Assembly (NCBI GenBank): GCA_950097015.1
Contig: CATNEN010000001.1
Coordinates: 15,376,001 to 15,440,000 of the forward strand
DNA: 64,000 nt
Direction: 5' to 3'
From: Macrostomum hystrix
Lineage: Eukaryota > Animalia > Platyhelminthes
Position 1 is the first letter of the stretch. Each line of letters starts with the position of its first letter. A program made the translations under genes and the position numbers. Positions 25,088 to 37,984 of this stretch are shown one piece after another. Under the pieces are notes generated by a model. It was not told the origin of the DNA. It was given only the letters and a program-made list of their open reading frames with translations, and ran no database searches.

Positions 25088-28066
25088 TCACAATCCATTC
25101 GTATGGTCAGCCAGCCAGGACCTCAGCGAAGGCAGATTGCTTTCCATCCACTTCACATTGATCCGCACATTCTCCAGGGCCAGCTCCAACGCTCGAGACG
25201 CAGTTCCGAGGGTGTCTTTGTGCAGCTGCTGGAACCGCTCCATCTCCTCGAGTTTCTGCTTGGTGTTGAAACTCTCCAGATTTCTCACAATGTAGGGCAA
25301 CGTAAAAGAGCCAAGACCGCTATTCGAAAGAGAATCCCAATTGCGCTGCAGATAATCCCACATGATTTGCAGACCGTTGGGGTTGCCTGCAACACTTGAG
25401 AACACGGTGGAGGCATCCTGACCTCGGATCTGTTCACTGTCCAGGGCATAGTCCAGGTAGCGGTTGAGGATCCACGGCTCGCTGGTGCAGGCCAGGCTGC
25501 GGATGATGTCATTTTTGATGCCGGGGTGGGACACGGTCTTGCTGTACTCAAACAGTCGGTCCCACACGACCACAAAAGACGTGACCACTCCTTCACAGAG
25601 AACCCGGCGTCGGATGTCCGGACTGATGATCGTGGTAAAATTGGTAAAATTTGAGCTTACGAACTCGCTGAACTTTTGGGTCGCGGCCTCCTCGCAACTT
25701 CGCACACCGTACAGGCAGGCCGATGAGACGATGAGCTCTCGCTTCAGTCGGGTCAGGTGCGTATCGCTCTCCTTGTTGTCGAGTCCGACGTCCTTGAAGG
25801 CACCTTCGAGCAGGTCGCGCATGTAGGCACTCAGAGGACCGTACTCCGGAGACTGTCGGTGGAGCATCGAGTGCAGGTAGCTCATCTTCGAAAGAGCCGA
25901 CTGCCACGGAACCAAGTGGGTCTCGCTCTTCAAGTACTTGGTCATGTTGAGCGGAACGCTGTAGTCCAGGTAGCCTGCGCTGGCCAGAGAGAAGCTGTCA
26001 TCGAGCAGACGGGCTCTGTCCTGCGGAGTGAACACGCTGTGGTTCGACAGCAGCTGTTGGATGAGAGCTTCCCAGTTCGCTAGCTCGTAGTTCACTCTGT
26101 AGAAGCCGAGCGAGCGCAGATTGAGCAGGTACCAACTCGAGCCGGAGTCCAAGTCGAACGTTTGGCTCTTGTCGGCCATCCATTGCACGAATCCTGACAC
26201 ATCCTCCGGAGTACCCGAGGTGAGATTCTCCTTGGTTGCCAAGGTGACTGGGATGATCCACGTGTAGTTGTAGTCACTCTCGTAGCTGGGCTTCTGGCTG
26301 GGGTCGCTGAGGAAGTGGTTCTGGGTCAGTGTGAGCTGGTCTGCACTCCTGGAGCAGTTGAGCACGGGATATCCCATCTGCTTGATCCAGCGGTCCATCA
26401 CTTGACCCACGTCGAGCGGTCTGCCCCACGTTTCGTTGTACTGTCGAGCCAGACTGTCATAGAGAGCAGTGTGGAATGTGTTGCCGTAACTGTTGTCCAA
26501 CAGGTATTTTCCGACTCCTTTCCGGAACACTTCGTCACCCACGAAGCCGTGAAGCATGCGGAGAACAGTGGCACCCTTTCTGTAGGTGATGGTGTCGAAG
26601 ATCTCGTTGATCTGATCTGGATTAAAGACTTCAACGTAGATGGGATGACTCGCACCTTTTGAGTCCACTTCAAAGGCTGCTCTTTGTTCTGTGGGAACGA
26701 ACTGTGCATCAATATCCCATTCTGGGTGCAGATTATTTATGCCGATGTTTTGAACAAAACTCGCAAATCCTTCGTTCAGCCACAGGTCGTCCCACCAGTC
26801 CGGAGTGACCAGATTTCCGAACCACATGTGGGCGAGCTCGTGACTCACAACGCTGCCGATTAGTTGGAAAGTAGCGCTGGTGTCTTTTGTTTCATCATAT
26901 ACTAAAAAACTCTCTCGATAAATGATCAGTCCCCAGTTCTCCATCGCACCTGCGTTGAAGTCGGGAACTGCAGCCTGATCTGTTTTATTCAGCGGGTATG
27001 ACACGTTGAAGTAGGACTCAAAGTGCTGGGTGATGTTCTTGACGGCCTCAAGCGAGTAGTTTGTGAGACTTTTGAACTCGGGTCGAACACAGTTGCGATA
27101 TTCGCGACCCTTGTCGTCCTTGCTGTCTACATAGTCGAATTGAGACACAATGAACGCCAGAAGGTAAGTAGACATGAAGGGAGTAGTCTCAAAGTCCTCC
27201 TTCACTACATGAGCTGAGTCGGCCATCTCGCTAAACCACTGCTCGGCAGTCACGTTGCTTATCTGCTTTGATGGCATGTTGCTGATGGACTTGAAAGACG
27301 CAAGTCTCACGAGGCTGATGTCAAACTTTGCCTTGAATCCAGGCTCATCGAAACACGGAAATGTCTTCCTGGCGTCCGTCGGCTGCAGTTGAGAAGTGGC
27401 GAGGTACTTTGTAACTCCGTTCTCAGTGTAGGAGCTCAGATAGAGACCTCGAAGATCAGACCGAAGTGGACCTCGGAACTTATCGATCTGCAGGACGACG
27501 CTTGAGCTGTTCGCAGGCAGCTGCTCGCTCGTGTCGATGCTGTACCACTGACGCTTGTCGTCGTACACAACGCTCGTGACGGTGAAGTTTATGTTGGAGC
27601 TGTCATCGTAGATCTTTATATCCTGGACCGTCAGGTTGATCCTGTCTGCGTGCAGCTTGAGGTTGTTGGTGCTCTCGTTGACACTGAGCCTCACTCTGAC
27701 GGAGCCGGTGAAGTAGAAGACCGATGCGTTCGTCCCGTAGATGTAGGGCGCCAGGGTGACGCTGTAGTGCACGGGCTTGACGCCAGCCGGCAGTCGGACG
27801 TCTTTCACGAGCGGTGGCGCAGTCGATGGTCCCGGAGTCGCCGGCGGCGGACTGCTCGGAACCGTTGTCGGAGGCGGCGTAGAGGATTGCTCGCACTTTG
27901 GAGCGGTGAAGTGCACGATGAGCCCCACCGCCACCACGGAGACCGCGAAGACGATCGCGAGCAGGACGAGAATCGGCACCGTCAGGAAGAGGCCTTTCTT
28001 GCCCGACCCGCCACTTGCAAGGTAGACGCTGTTCTCGGAGCCCTTGTAAACTGCGTAGCCGCCCAT
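25088..28066 (-). CDS. Aminopeptidase N-like M1 metallopeptidase (type II membrane), intronless, 992 aa
   Basis: N-terminal TM anchor and P/T/S stalk, followed by RLP, DARKTFPCFDEP, MSTYLLAF, GAMENWG, HELAH-x18-E (WLNEGFA), YRKGA and an ERAP1-like C-terminal domain. Confidence 0.95.
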   Translation of the reverse strand: MGGYAVYKGSENSVYLASGGSGKKGLFLTVPILVLLAIVFAVSVVAVGLIVHFTAPKCEQSSTPPPTTVPSSPPPATPGPSTAPPLVKDVRLPAGVKPVHYSVTLAPYIYGTNASVFYFTGSVRVRLSVNESTNNLKLHADRINLTVQDIKIYDDSSNINFTVTSVVYDDKRQWYSIDTSEQLPANSSSVVLQIDKFRGPLRSDLRGLYLSSYTENGVTKYLATSQLQPTDARKTFPCFDEPGFKAKFDISLVRLASFKSISNMPSKQISNVTAEQWFSEMADSAHVVKEDFETTPFMSTYLLAFIVSQFDYVDSKDDKGREYRNCVRPEFKSLTNYSLEAVKNITQHFESYFNVSYPLNKTDQAAVPDFNAGAMENWGLIIYRESFLVYDETKDTSATFQLIGSVVSHELAHMWFGNLVTPDWWDDLWLNEGFASFVQNIGINNLHPEWDIDAQFVPTEQRAAFEVDSKGASHPIYVEVFNPDQINEIFDTITYRKGATVLRMLHGFVGDEVFRKGVGKYLLDNSYGNTFHTALYDSLARQYNETWGRPLDVGQVMDRWIKQMGYPVLNCSRSADQLTLTQNHFLSDPSQKPSYESDYNYTWIIPVTLATKENLTSGTPEDVSGFVQWMADKSQTFDLDSGSSWYLLNLRSLGFYRVNYELANWEALIQQLLSNHSVFTPQDRARLLDDSFSLASAGYLDYSVPLNMTKYLKSETHLVPWQSALSKMSYLHSMLHRQSPEYGPLSAYMRDLLEGAFKDVGLDNKESDTHLTRLKRELIVSSACLYGVRSCEEAATQKFSEFVSSNFTNFTTIISPDIRRRVLCEGVVTSFVVVWDRLFEYSKTVSHPGIKNDIIRSLACTSEPWILNRYLDYALDSEQIRGQDASTVFSSVAGNPNGLQIMWDYLQRNWDSLSNSGLGSFTLPYIVRNLESFNTKQKLEEMERFQQLHKDTLGTASRALELALENVRINVKWMESNLPSLRSWLADHTNGL

Positions 28067-28714
28067 TTTCGTTGTTGAGGCAGTTAAAGAATCACTTTCT
28101 TGTTTTTTACCCTCATTTGACTTTCGGTCAGTGCTTTATATGCATTTCTTTCATATCGGGCCTGCGTGAAATGTCGTTAGCTGGCAAGAGTGAGTTTATG
28201 ACGGCACTGATTTGATAAGATATGTGTTTCTGAGTAGCCTAAATGCTTTAAAGTCACTTTTCTGCGCATTCATGGGCGAATTTTACGAGTGCAAGAAGCA
28301 GTTTTATTTAGAGTCAAGTCTTTGTACGCAGTAGAATTTTACTGATTAAAGGTCTTATTTAACAAAGGATTTATTTTCTTTGTCTTTGTCAGTGCTGACA
28401 ATGCAGACAGTGCTGCGATCTTCAATGTGGCTTGACAATTTTTTATCGATTCGAAGGATCAGGAAATTTTCATTTACATGTTTTTAATATTTCTGCACTG
28501 AGATAGTTTCAGAGTCCGAACAAAGACCGTCAGTGTTTCAAGAAGCTGCTGCTGCTGCTGCTGAACGAAATCGTTCACTACTTTGCACTGATCACCTTAC
28601 TTGAATATTGATCTTTCGTTTATCATTAGGTTGTTAGGTCAACAGAATCATTGGAGCAAAACCTAATATAACCTGATATAGCCTAATATAGCCTAAAAGT
28701 ATATCAACAGTTTG

Positions 28715-29590
28715 AAACAGGGGATCATAGAGACAGGGGATTATATAGACAGGAGATCATAGAGACAGGGGATCATAGAGACAGGGGATTATATAGACAG
28801 GAGATCATAGAGACAGGGGATCATAGAGACAGGGGATAATAGAGTCAGGGGATCATAGAGACAGGGGATCAGAGAAACAGGGGATCATAGAGTCAGAGGA
28901 TAATAGAGTCAGGGGATCATAGAGACAGGGGATCAGAGAAACAGGGGATCATAGAGTCAGGAGATCATAGAGACAGGGGATCATAGACACAGGGGATCAT
29001 AGAGTCAGGGGATCATAGAGACAGGGGATTATAGAGACAGGGGATCATAGAGACAGGGGATCATAGAGACAGGGGATCATAGAGACGGGGGATTATATAG
29101 ACAGGAGATCATAGAGACGGGATTATAGAGACAGGGGATCATAGAGACAGGGATCATAGAGACAGGGGATCATAGAGTCAGGGGATCATAGAGACAGGGG
29201 ATCATAGAGACAGGGATCATAGAGACAGGGGATCATAGAGACAGGGATCATAGAGACAGGGGATCATAGAGACAGGGGATCATAGAGACAGGGGATCATA
29301 GAGACAGGGGATCATAGAGACAGGGATCATAGAGACAGGGGATCATAGAGACAGGGGATCATAGAGACAGGGGATTACATAGACAGGAGATCATAGAGAC
29401 GGGATCATAGAGACAGGGAATCATAGAGACAGGGATCATAGAGACAGGGGATCATAGAGACAGGGGATCATAGAGACAGGGGATCATAGAGACAGGGGAT
29501 CATAGAGACAGGGGATCATAGAGACAGGGGATCATAGAGACAGGGGATCATAGAGACAGGGGATCATAGAGACAGGGGAATAAAGAGACA
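28715..29590. repeat. 16-bp purine-rich minisatellite (AGAGACAGGGGATCAT)
   Basis: Direct periodicity with G-run length variants. Confidence 0.95.
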
Positions 29591-29859
29591 GATACTCGTA
29601 CGAAGGATCGAACGAGAAAGCAGAATAAAACAGGTATTTCTTCCAATGAACGCAGTTGGATGAATAGTTCAATGAGTAGTTATCACAAGGTTTTTCAGAA
29701 AAACTTCTGTAACCGCCAGATCGTGTTTATTATTATCTTGACCAGTTAAAACTTCTCAAATTAGCTTCTTAACTCCAGGGCCTGCTAGCAAATCGGAGCA
29801 GTTTCTGGTAAGTGTTCACAAACGAGTCAATTAGTTTTTTCACAGCAGGTCGGCTGCCT

Positions 29860-32800
29860 TCACATCTGATGGCGATACAGGACTTTAGCGATCCAGTCGA
29901 TGCTGGCGGACACGTTGGCGTAGATTCCAGGAAAGCCGCGTTGGGCGCAGTCGCGGCCGCGAGACACAATGCCCGACACGGTCCATCGGCCACGCTGCTG
30001 GCACATTAGCGGGCCTCCGCTGTCGAACTGAAATCAGTTGGACGGGCGCTATGCTTACAATACCATCAGCAGTTATCCCCAGTTCATCCTGTCAGCAGTT
30101 ATCCCCAGTTCATCCTGTCAGCAGTTATCCCCAGCTCATTCTGTCAGCAGTTATCCCCAGCTCATCCTGTCAGCAGTTATCCCTAGCTCATCCTGTCAGC
30201 AGTTATCCCCAGCTCATTCTGTCAGCAGTTATCCCCAGCTCATCCTGTCAGCAGTTATCCCAGCTCATCCTGTCAGCAGTTATCCCAGCTCATCCTGTCA
30301 GCAGTTATCCCAGCTCATCCTGTCAGCAGTTATCCCAGCTCATCCTGTCAGCAGTTATCCCCAGCTCATTCTGTCAGCAGTTATCCCAGCTCATCCTGTC
30401 AGCAGTTATCCCCAGTTCACGCGATCAAGGACTCTAGTATCATAGTCTTAGGTATAATAGACAGTGGGGATCATATTCAGACTGGTGGCATGTGTAGCTG
30501 TGGTTGTAGGGAACCACATAGAGTTGTCACTCACATGGCAGGCATCGGTTGTGTAGTCCTCACCGGCGGCGCAGATCTCACCTGGCTGCAGGTTTACGGA
30601 GTCGTTCTGATAGGCTGCGTTACATTCAGCTTCATCGTGAATTCTCACAGTGGCATGGAGTAGCTTCTCCGAATGCTGCCGATCTGAAACAGTTAATTTG
30701 TGGAAAAATCCCGGATCGCAGATTTTTTAATTCTGTTTCGAAGTGAAACTGCAGTCAACCAGCCGCTCACCCATTGAGTTGATTTTGCCCCAGCCGGCCA
30801 CTACGCATTCCGTGCCAGTCGGCAGTCGATCGGTTTCAATTGGCAGGCAGGCCGGGCGAACGTAGCGCGACAGGGCGACGGGACGGCGAAGGCGCAGCAG
30901 GGCGAGGTCCGGATCCACGGAGACTTGGCCGACTAGTAAAAACAGGTACGCGAAATTAGAGTGGCGAAGTCACAATTCATTTTTGGGCACAGACGCGACG
31001 GCTTAGGGGCAATTTAATGGCCAACCTCCAAGGCACTGGGAGAGTGTACACTGCCTGTGTGAGAGTGTGCCTGAGTACAGTATCTGTGTGAGAGTGTGCC
31101 TGAGTACAGTATCTGTGTGAGAGTGTGCCTGAGTACAGTATCTGTGTGAGAGTGTGCCTGAGTACAGTATCTGTGTGAGAGTGTGCCTGAGTACAGTATC
31201 TGTGTGAGTGTGTGCCTGAGTACAGTATCTGTGTGAGAGTGTGCCTGAGTACAGTATCTGTGTGAGAGTGTGCCTGAGTACAGTATCTGTGTGAGTGTGT
31301 GCCTGAGTACAGTATCTGTGTGAGAGTGTGCTCAGGAGTTAGCGGAATGAGCTTAAAAATTGCTTCCTGTCGCGATGTCGCCAATGGATGCGTCAGTGTA
31401 TTAACATGAGCGCAGATGCTGTTGAGTTTGATTGCTTAGCAACTAGGAAATAAAGCCACTCTGTGAACTTCTTTTTTAGTGTTTTTTTTAACTGCCTAGA
31501 AACGTAAGCAGAAGTCTGGCATCAACAGGCGGAAAGCTAGGAACAATGACAATTTAAATTAAGCGAAAAGGAAAAGCTAATTTTAAACCGGCTCTCACCT
31601 GTCACACTGGGGACCGAGGCTCTCACCTGTCACATTGGGGACCGAGGCTCTCACCTGTCACATTGGGGACCGAGGCTCTCACCTGTCACACTGGGGACCG
31701 AGGCTCTCACCTGTCACACTGGGGACCGAGGCTCTCACCTGTCACACTGGGGACCGAGGCTCTCACCTGTCACACTGGGGACCGAGGCTCTCACCTGTCA
31801 CACTGGGGACCGAGGCTCTCACCTGTCACACTGGGGACCGAGGCTCTCACCTGTCACACTGGGGACCGAGGCTCTCACCTGTCACACTGGGGACCGAGGC
31901 TCTCACCTGTCACACTGGGGACCGAGGCTCTCACCTGTCACACTGGGGACCGAGGCTCTCACCTGTCACATTGGGGACCGAGGCTCTCACCTGTCACATT
32001 GGGGACCGAGGCTCTCACCTGTCACACTGGGGACCGAGGCTCTCACCTGTCACACTGGGGACCGAGGCTCTCACCTGTCACACTGGGGACCGAGGCTCTC
32101 ACCTGTCACACTGGGGACCGAGGCTCTCACCTGTCACACTGGGGACCGAGGCTCTCACCTGTCACACTGGGGACCGAGGCTCTCACCTGTCACACTGGGG
32201 ACCGAGGCTCTCACCTGTCACATTGGGGACCGAGGCTCTCACCTGTCACACTGGGGACCGAGGCTCTCACCTGTCACACTGGGGACCGAGGCTCTCACCT
32301 GTCACACTGGGGACGGACGCTCTCACCTGTCACACTGGGGACCGAGGCTCTCACCTGTCACACTGGGGACCGAGGCTCTCACCTGTCACACTGGGGACCG
32401 AGGCTCTCACCTGTCACACTGGGGACCGAGGATCTCACCTGTCACACTGGGGACCGAGGCTCTCACCTGTCACACTGGGGACCGAGGCTCTCACCTGTCA
32501 CACTGGGGACCGAGGCTCTCACCTGTCACATTGGGGACCGAGGCTCTCACCTGTCACACTGGGGACCGAGGCTCTCACCTGTCACATTGGGGACCGAGGC
32601 TCTCACCTGTCACACTGGGGGCCACGTAGATTCGCCGGATGGCCCGCTCTAGCTCCGTGTTGTCGGGCCGCCCGATCTCGTGTTCGCCAACCACGGCGGT
32701 CCAGGCGCAGGGGCTGTCGGCTTCCAAGTCGAGGAGGAGCCTGAGAGTGGGTCAGGTTTGAAAGGCGGCTTAAAGCGCAGATTGTTCAACGGGTCTTTGT

Positions 32801-34045
32801 ACTGTATAAGCGAACTAATATATTTGCAGACAGACTCACACAATAAATTTGCATTCAACAGTTTCATGATGAGCATGGACTCACGTTCTAGATAGAAATT
32901 CCAGATTGCTATCAGAGAAGCAGTGCTTAGCAGACAGCACCCATTGTGGATGGATGAGCACGCCGCCGCAATAGTGCTTGCCGTGAACCTTCATCTGCGG
33001 GTTATTTAGCGAGGTTAGCGAGGTAAAAGACTATATAGAATTTCCAGTCAAAGAGTGTCACTGCGCCCACCTTGAAGAATTTTTTGAAAAGCTCGTGCAG
33101 CATCTGGTTGTCGTTTCTTAGCGACACCAGCCAGGGCCATTCGCCGCGTCGGGAGGCCACGCCGCCGACTATTCGCTTATTGACGGCATCGGCGCCCATG
33201 GCTGCCATGGCGTTGAAGAGGCCATTGGGAGCGGCTGTGTCCTGCCAGTCGACGAAGGCGTCTGGCATCTCGAAGTGGGACCTGCCGCAGTTGGCCAGCT
33301 GTTGCCGGATCTCTGGTGGCACCGGGAGGTCGGGTACAACACAGCTTAACTTTGTGTTAGATAAAATGCCAGTTTATTGAGTGTGTAGGCCTCTTTCATC
33401 CATTGCAGTCCTTGCTTGCTGCCTTTTCAAAGCCGACAGCACAGCCACGAAAATTGAGCGACGCACCTGATTCGCTGTGTGCGGCTGTTCAGTCCATGGA
33501 CTGGAGGCGCTACGTGCACCCTCAATTACCCCAGCTGATGCTGGTACCAATTCAACAGCTGGGTGAACTGGAGCAATGCAGGCTCATATTCCAGTGGAGT
33601 AGGAATCGAAACCCCGACCTTCTAGTCGTTTGTGCGATGCTACAATCCCTTTCAGTGGCAGCAGTGAAAAGATTGCCTTTTTAACAAAAGTTAAGCGGTT
33701 GGTTAAGCATGCCGCAACGCAAAAAACAATAAATCAAGGACGCGATCTGCTTTGAAGTGCGTCATAGCGTGTCACTAGAAACAGGTAAAACTGGGCGTGC
33801 AATTTTCAACCAATCTGACACCAGGCAGAAAATTCATCAGGGATCTGGAGCCAAATCAGAAGAAACACGGCCAATCCAGCACTGATTAAGAAAGGCGATC
33901 TTGAAAAATAATTTTTCTTAATAAAACTGAAAGCAGACCAACCTTGAAAGGTTCTCCTCCTGTGAGCAGCTCTGGCGCACAGGCCGCAGAGCAAGGCGCT
34001 GCAGAGCAGGCCAAGCACAGTCACACTGGCCGCGACCTTGGCCAT
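29860..34045 (-). CDS. Secreted trypsin-family (S1A) serine protease; exons 34045-33943 (signal peptide), ~33350-33071, 32994-32885, 32740-32607, 30932-30771, 30683-30535, 30027-29860
   Basis: Activation site R|IVGG, then [26 protein letters not shown] (His57), DPDLALLRL (Asp102), CVVAGWG, DACHFDSGGPL (Ser195) and PGIYANV. The last six exons splice in phase with GT-AG. The link from exon 1 to the IVGG exon is unresolved. Confidence 0.9.
30064..30419. repeat. 25/26-bp minisatellite in the last protease intron
   Basis: CAGCAGTTATCCCCAGCTCATCCTGT units. Confidence 0.93.
31055..31332. repeat. 29-bp minisatellite in a protease intron
   Basis: CTGTGTGAGAGTGTGCCTGAGTACAGTAT, ~9.5 units. Confidence 0.95.
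31590..32620. repeat. 28-bp minisatellite made of the protease exon/intron junction, ~37 units
   Basis: Minus-strand unit CCCCAGTGTGACAG|GTGAGAGCCTCGGT. The first unit overlaps the real donor at 32607/32606. Confidence 0.95.
33487..33660 (-). mobile_element. tRNA-derived SINE-like repeat, family B (intronic)
   Basis: Homologous to 15500-15680. B-box-like GTTTCGATTCC on the minus strand. Confidence 0.6.
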
Positions 34046-35292
34046 GGCTTCAATCTCAGACGGCAGGGGGGAAATCAAATTAGAATGAAACTGAGAAATG
34101 ATTTTCAATTTCTAATCCGGCTCCCTGCCACCGTCTGTGAAAGCAGGCCCGGAGCGCCAACGAACGGAGCTGGCTTATATAGCCGCACAATGGAGGAGGT
34201 CGGCGATTCGCCTGAAATTGCTGCCCGATTGTCATTGGAAGCTGCGGATGCAGAGTTTCTGCTAGAAAATGCGCTCATTGCAGACTGGGGGAAGCGGGAG
34301 CGCCGTCGGACTTTTTTTTCGCACGGTCGAAAAAGCCAGCATGGAATCTGCGAGGAGATGGTGGCAGAAGAAAAACCCGAATAAACAAGCCCAGCAAAGT
34401 CACGGGACGCGAAACTAAGGGGATTTCAAATCTGGGAGAGTGGCACTGTTCAGGTTCGAAGCTAGGTTTATCTTTACCTGAGAAGTCTCTTTTCGTTGAG
34501 ATGCAAAGAAAAAATGCTTCAGCAAAAAAGAGAAGTTACAGATTGCGACTTGCCATTTCTTTTTTCCGAGATCTAGTTAGAACAGGATTTGAGTTCTCTG
34601 CTTTCGCAGCTAAAAATAGACCAGTGCGTTGCGGCGAAGAACAAATGCAGCTGGCTGCGAACATTCGCTTAACATTTGAGATAACTTTAAACTATTGAAC
34701 TCGAGTTCGCTCCCTCGAGTTAAGCAAGTACAAAATCCTATTAGAGGGATGGACAGCTTGCAGGAAGACAGCCTCGACAGAAAGAATTTCTCCTGGGAAC
34801 CCGCCAGCGCCAGTTGTGAGAATGACAAAGGAAAGCACTCAGATTAGCCATGTTGAGCTTAGCCAGCCCGGTCCATTTCATCCTAGCAGCCGGGCAGCCC
34901 GCTAGTTAAATCAGCTGGGAGCAAATCCTTCCTGAGTGACATCTTTCACAAAATTCAACGCTTCGCTACTCTAAGTCACCCACGAAGAGTTGTCACCCCT
35001 TCACTCTGTCGCAATCATGTTATTCAATTTTAACTGGAGCGAAAAATTGTTAAATATGTATTTACTCATCACAAATTGTACGTTTATTTCATTTATAAGT
35101 TTGCTTTTTTAGTTTCAATTTTTCCAGTTAGTATATGTTTTAGAGCAGAATGATTCTTGCTGTATGCTCCGGATGTTCCAAAATGCATGCATAATTCAGT
35201 AGATTGCAAAGAAAGTATGGCGCCGCTTGACTAGTTATAACTATGCTCATGATTATTGACAATATCTGCAGTACTGCACGTATCTGCCTGCT

Positions 35293-36045
35293 AAACTAAT
35301 GTACTTTTTAGCTAATGAACTTGTTAACTAATGTACTTGTTAGCTAATGTACTTGTTAACTAATGTACTTGTTAGCTAATGTACTTGTTAATAAATGTAC
35401 TTGTTAACTAATGTACTTGTTAGCTAATGTACTTGTTAGCGAATGAACTTGTTAACTAATGTACTTGTTAGCTAATGTACTTGTTAACTAATGTACTTGT
35501 TAGCTAATGTACTTGTTAGCTAATGTACTTGTTAATAAATGTACTTGTTAACTAATGTACTTGTTAGCTAATGTACTTGTTAGCTAATGTACTTGTTAAT
35601 AAATGTACTTGTTAGCGAATGAACTTGTTAACTAATGTACTTGTTAGCTAATGTACTTGTTAACTAATGTACTTGTTAGCTAATGTACTTGTTAACTAAT
35701 GTACTTGTTAGCTAATGTACTTGTTAGCGAATGTACTTGTTAACTAATGTACTTGTTAGCGAATGCACTTGTTAACTAATGTTCTCGTTAACTAATGTAC
35801 CTGTTAGCTAATGTACCTGTTAGCTAATGTACTTGTTAGCTAATGTACTTGTTAGCTAATGTACTTGTTAACTAATGCACTTGTTAACTAATGTTCTCGT
35901 TAACTAATGTACCTGTTAGCTAATGTACCTGTTAGCTAATGTATTTGTTAGCTAATGTACTTGTTAACTAATTTACTTGTTAACTAATGTACTTGTTAAC
36001 TAATGTACTTGTTTACTAATGTACTTGTTAATTAATGTACTTGTT
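35293..36045. repeat. 16-bp minisatellite (CTAATGTACTTGTTA[A/G])
   Basis: Direct periodicity, ~46 units. Confidence 0.95.
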
Positions 36046-37984
36046 GTTCGTAGAGTCCACATGCGGCACGTTGCTCTAGTCGATTGCGCTATATTAACAT
36101 TATTTTGTGGGCGGAACGTTGCCGTCAGTCATGTTTGCCCAGGTCCAGGTCCAAAGGTCCAGAGTGGCCATCATTTCGGTTTGTGTTTTTCTTATCTGAG
36201 CTTTCTCTTAAAACAAGAGTTCGCCTTGTCATTAGGATGCGACAGAAAGTTTTATAATTAATTCTGTTGATCAAAATGACTCTCCAAGATCGTGATCCAG
36301 TGAATGGACAACGAGTCAAGGCGGGAAAACTGTTGTTTTAGTTGAAAAATTGACATCAAATATGCAGAAAAACTGGCCTATTTTCTGGGACGCGATTTTC
36401 TGCGTTTCAGCTTTCAGACGAATGCGAACCTCGTGTATCCATTATTCTAGATACTCGGATAAGCTATATTTTTTGCTATATTATGTATCGCGAACTATGC
36501 AGTTATGTATCTATTAACGGCCAAACTATGTATCTAGGGGCTGGCTTTGGCTTCCGACCTAAGTCATCAGGCAGTTACTCTGAGGGACAGGTGCCACAGG
36601 TGTCATGCGCTAATATCCTTTTGAATAGCACCGCTCACACACCCACCCAACTCCACTTTTGGTATACAAGTCGGGACTTTCAATTGTTTTTAAGCAATGA
36701 CTAAGTTTACTACCTTACTGTCTCTCTTACGCCATGTATATTAGCGAAGGATACAAAGTGCAAGTGCACGATTTCAACGCAATCTGGTAGTTTCACTGGC
36801 ATGCTCACTTGTCCTCATAACTTGTAACTCATCCGGCAGCGTCAGCCTCAAAGCTGGGGTTCTCCTGACTTCAATTTAAATGTGCAACAGTGGACAAAAT
36901 CCACTGTTGAGAGGTCAAGTCAGCTTGAGGAAAGAGACCAAAGGGGTCATGCTGGGCTTCGAAAAGTTCATTGAAGTCAAGGATTGGACTATCTGGTTGA
37001 CGCGGCTGGTTCAGGACTGTTGTGACGAGTTCGTGAAGCCCCTTGGGGATACGTGGCAAGTATCAAAGAAATGACAGTATAGAAAAATATATCCGAAATA
37101 AAATAGTCGAATATGAGATCGAAATAAAACAATAAATTCCTCACAATAGACTACTGTCAGTAGAAATAGAACCAATCTCTATATGAACGTCTGAAAAACT
37201 GACGTAATAGAATAGTGACTTAACACGTAAGCATCTAAGACAGCAAGAAGGCCAGATTTCTCTACTTATCATTGACTTGCTGTATATTGACAGGTGCAAA
37301 TTCAATACAGCCAAAGACTATTTCTATTGCGGGCAGGATTTCTGCTCACCTGTATATCTGTGCATTGAGACGGCATCTACTACTCATTGACTTCTCATTG
37401 AAGATTGGCTGTATGATACAGATGATACAGACACTCATTGGCTACTTGTCATTGACTTGTTCCGATTATTTGTAACTCGTTGCATTTAGGCGGATATATT
37501 GACAGGTTCAAATTCAAGTATAATAAATAATGTACTATTAATGGCAATATTGGCTTTACTTTTCTTTTATGTACGAGTGCTCGTACTGCATTCAAGGAGA
37601 AACAGTAGCAAAACAGTAGCAAAACCTATATACGAGCGTATACAGACGCGGTATTTGCAAGTCGCTGCTTTCTTTTTTTGCGATATTTCGTTCTGCAAGC
37701 CGAAATCTTAGTATTTCAACAATTTTTTGAGTCGGGACTCATTGTCCAGTTTGGCGACATGCTGAAATTTCTTAAACGCGTCCTTCATCATTTTTGACGC
37801 GTTTGGCGGAGCCGTTTCTTCGTCGTTGGCAAAGCGCCATCGATGCAGCCAGGCACTGCTGGTCGGGGTGTCGAGGAACTGCACATGCACTTTCGGCAGT
37901 GAACCAATGCCTCTGGAGCAGCTTTTGGTTTTGGCCGGCAGACTATTGCCGGCCACCCAGCTCGCCCTTGTATGGCCAGGTCGG

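Noticed and set aside
31635-32744. Plus-strand [18 protein letters not shown] ORFs
   Set aside because: Antisense read-through of the intronic 28-bp array.
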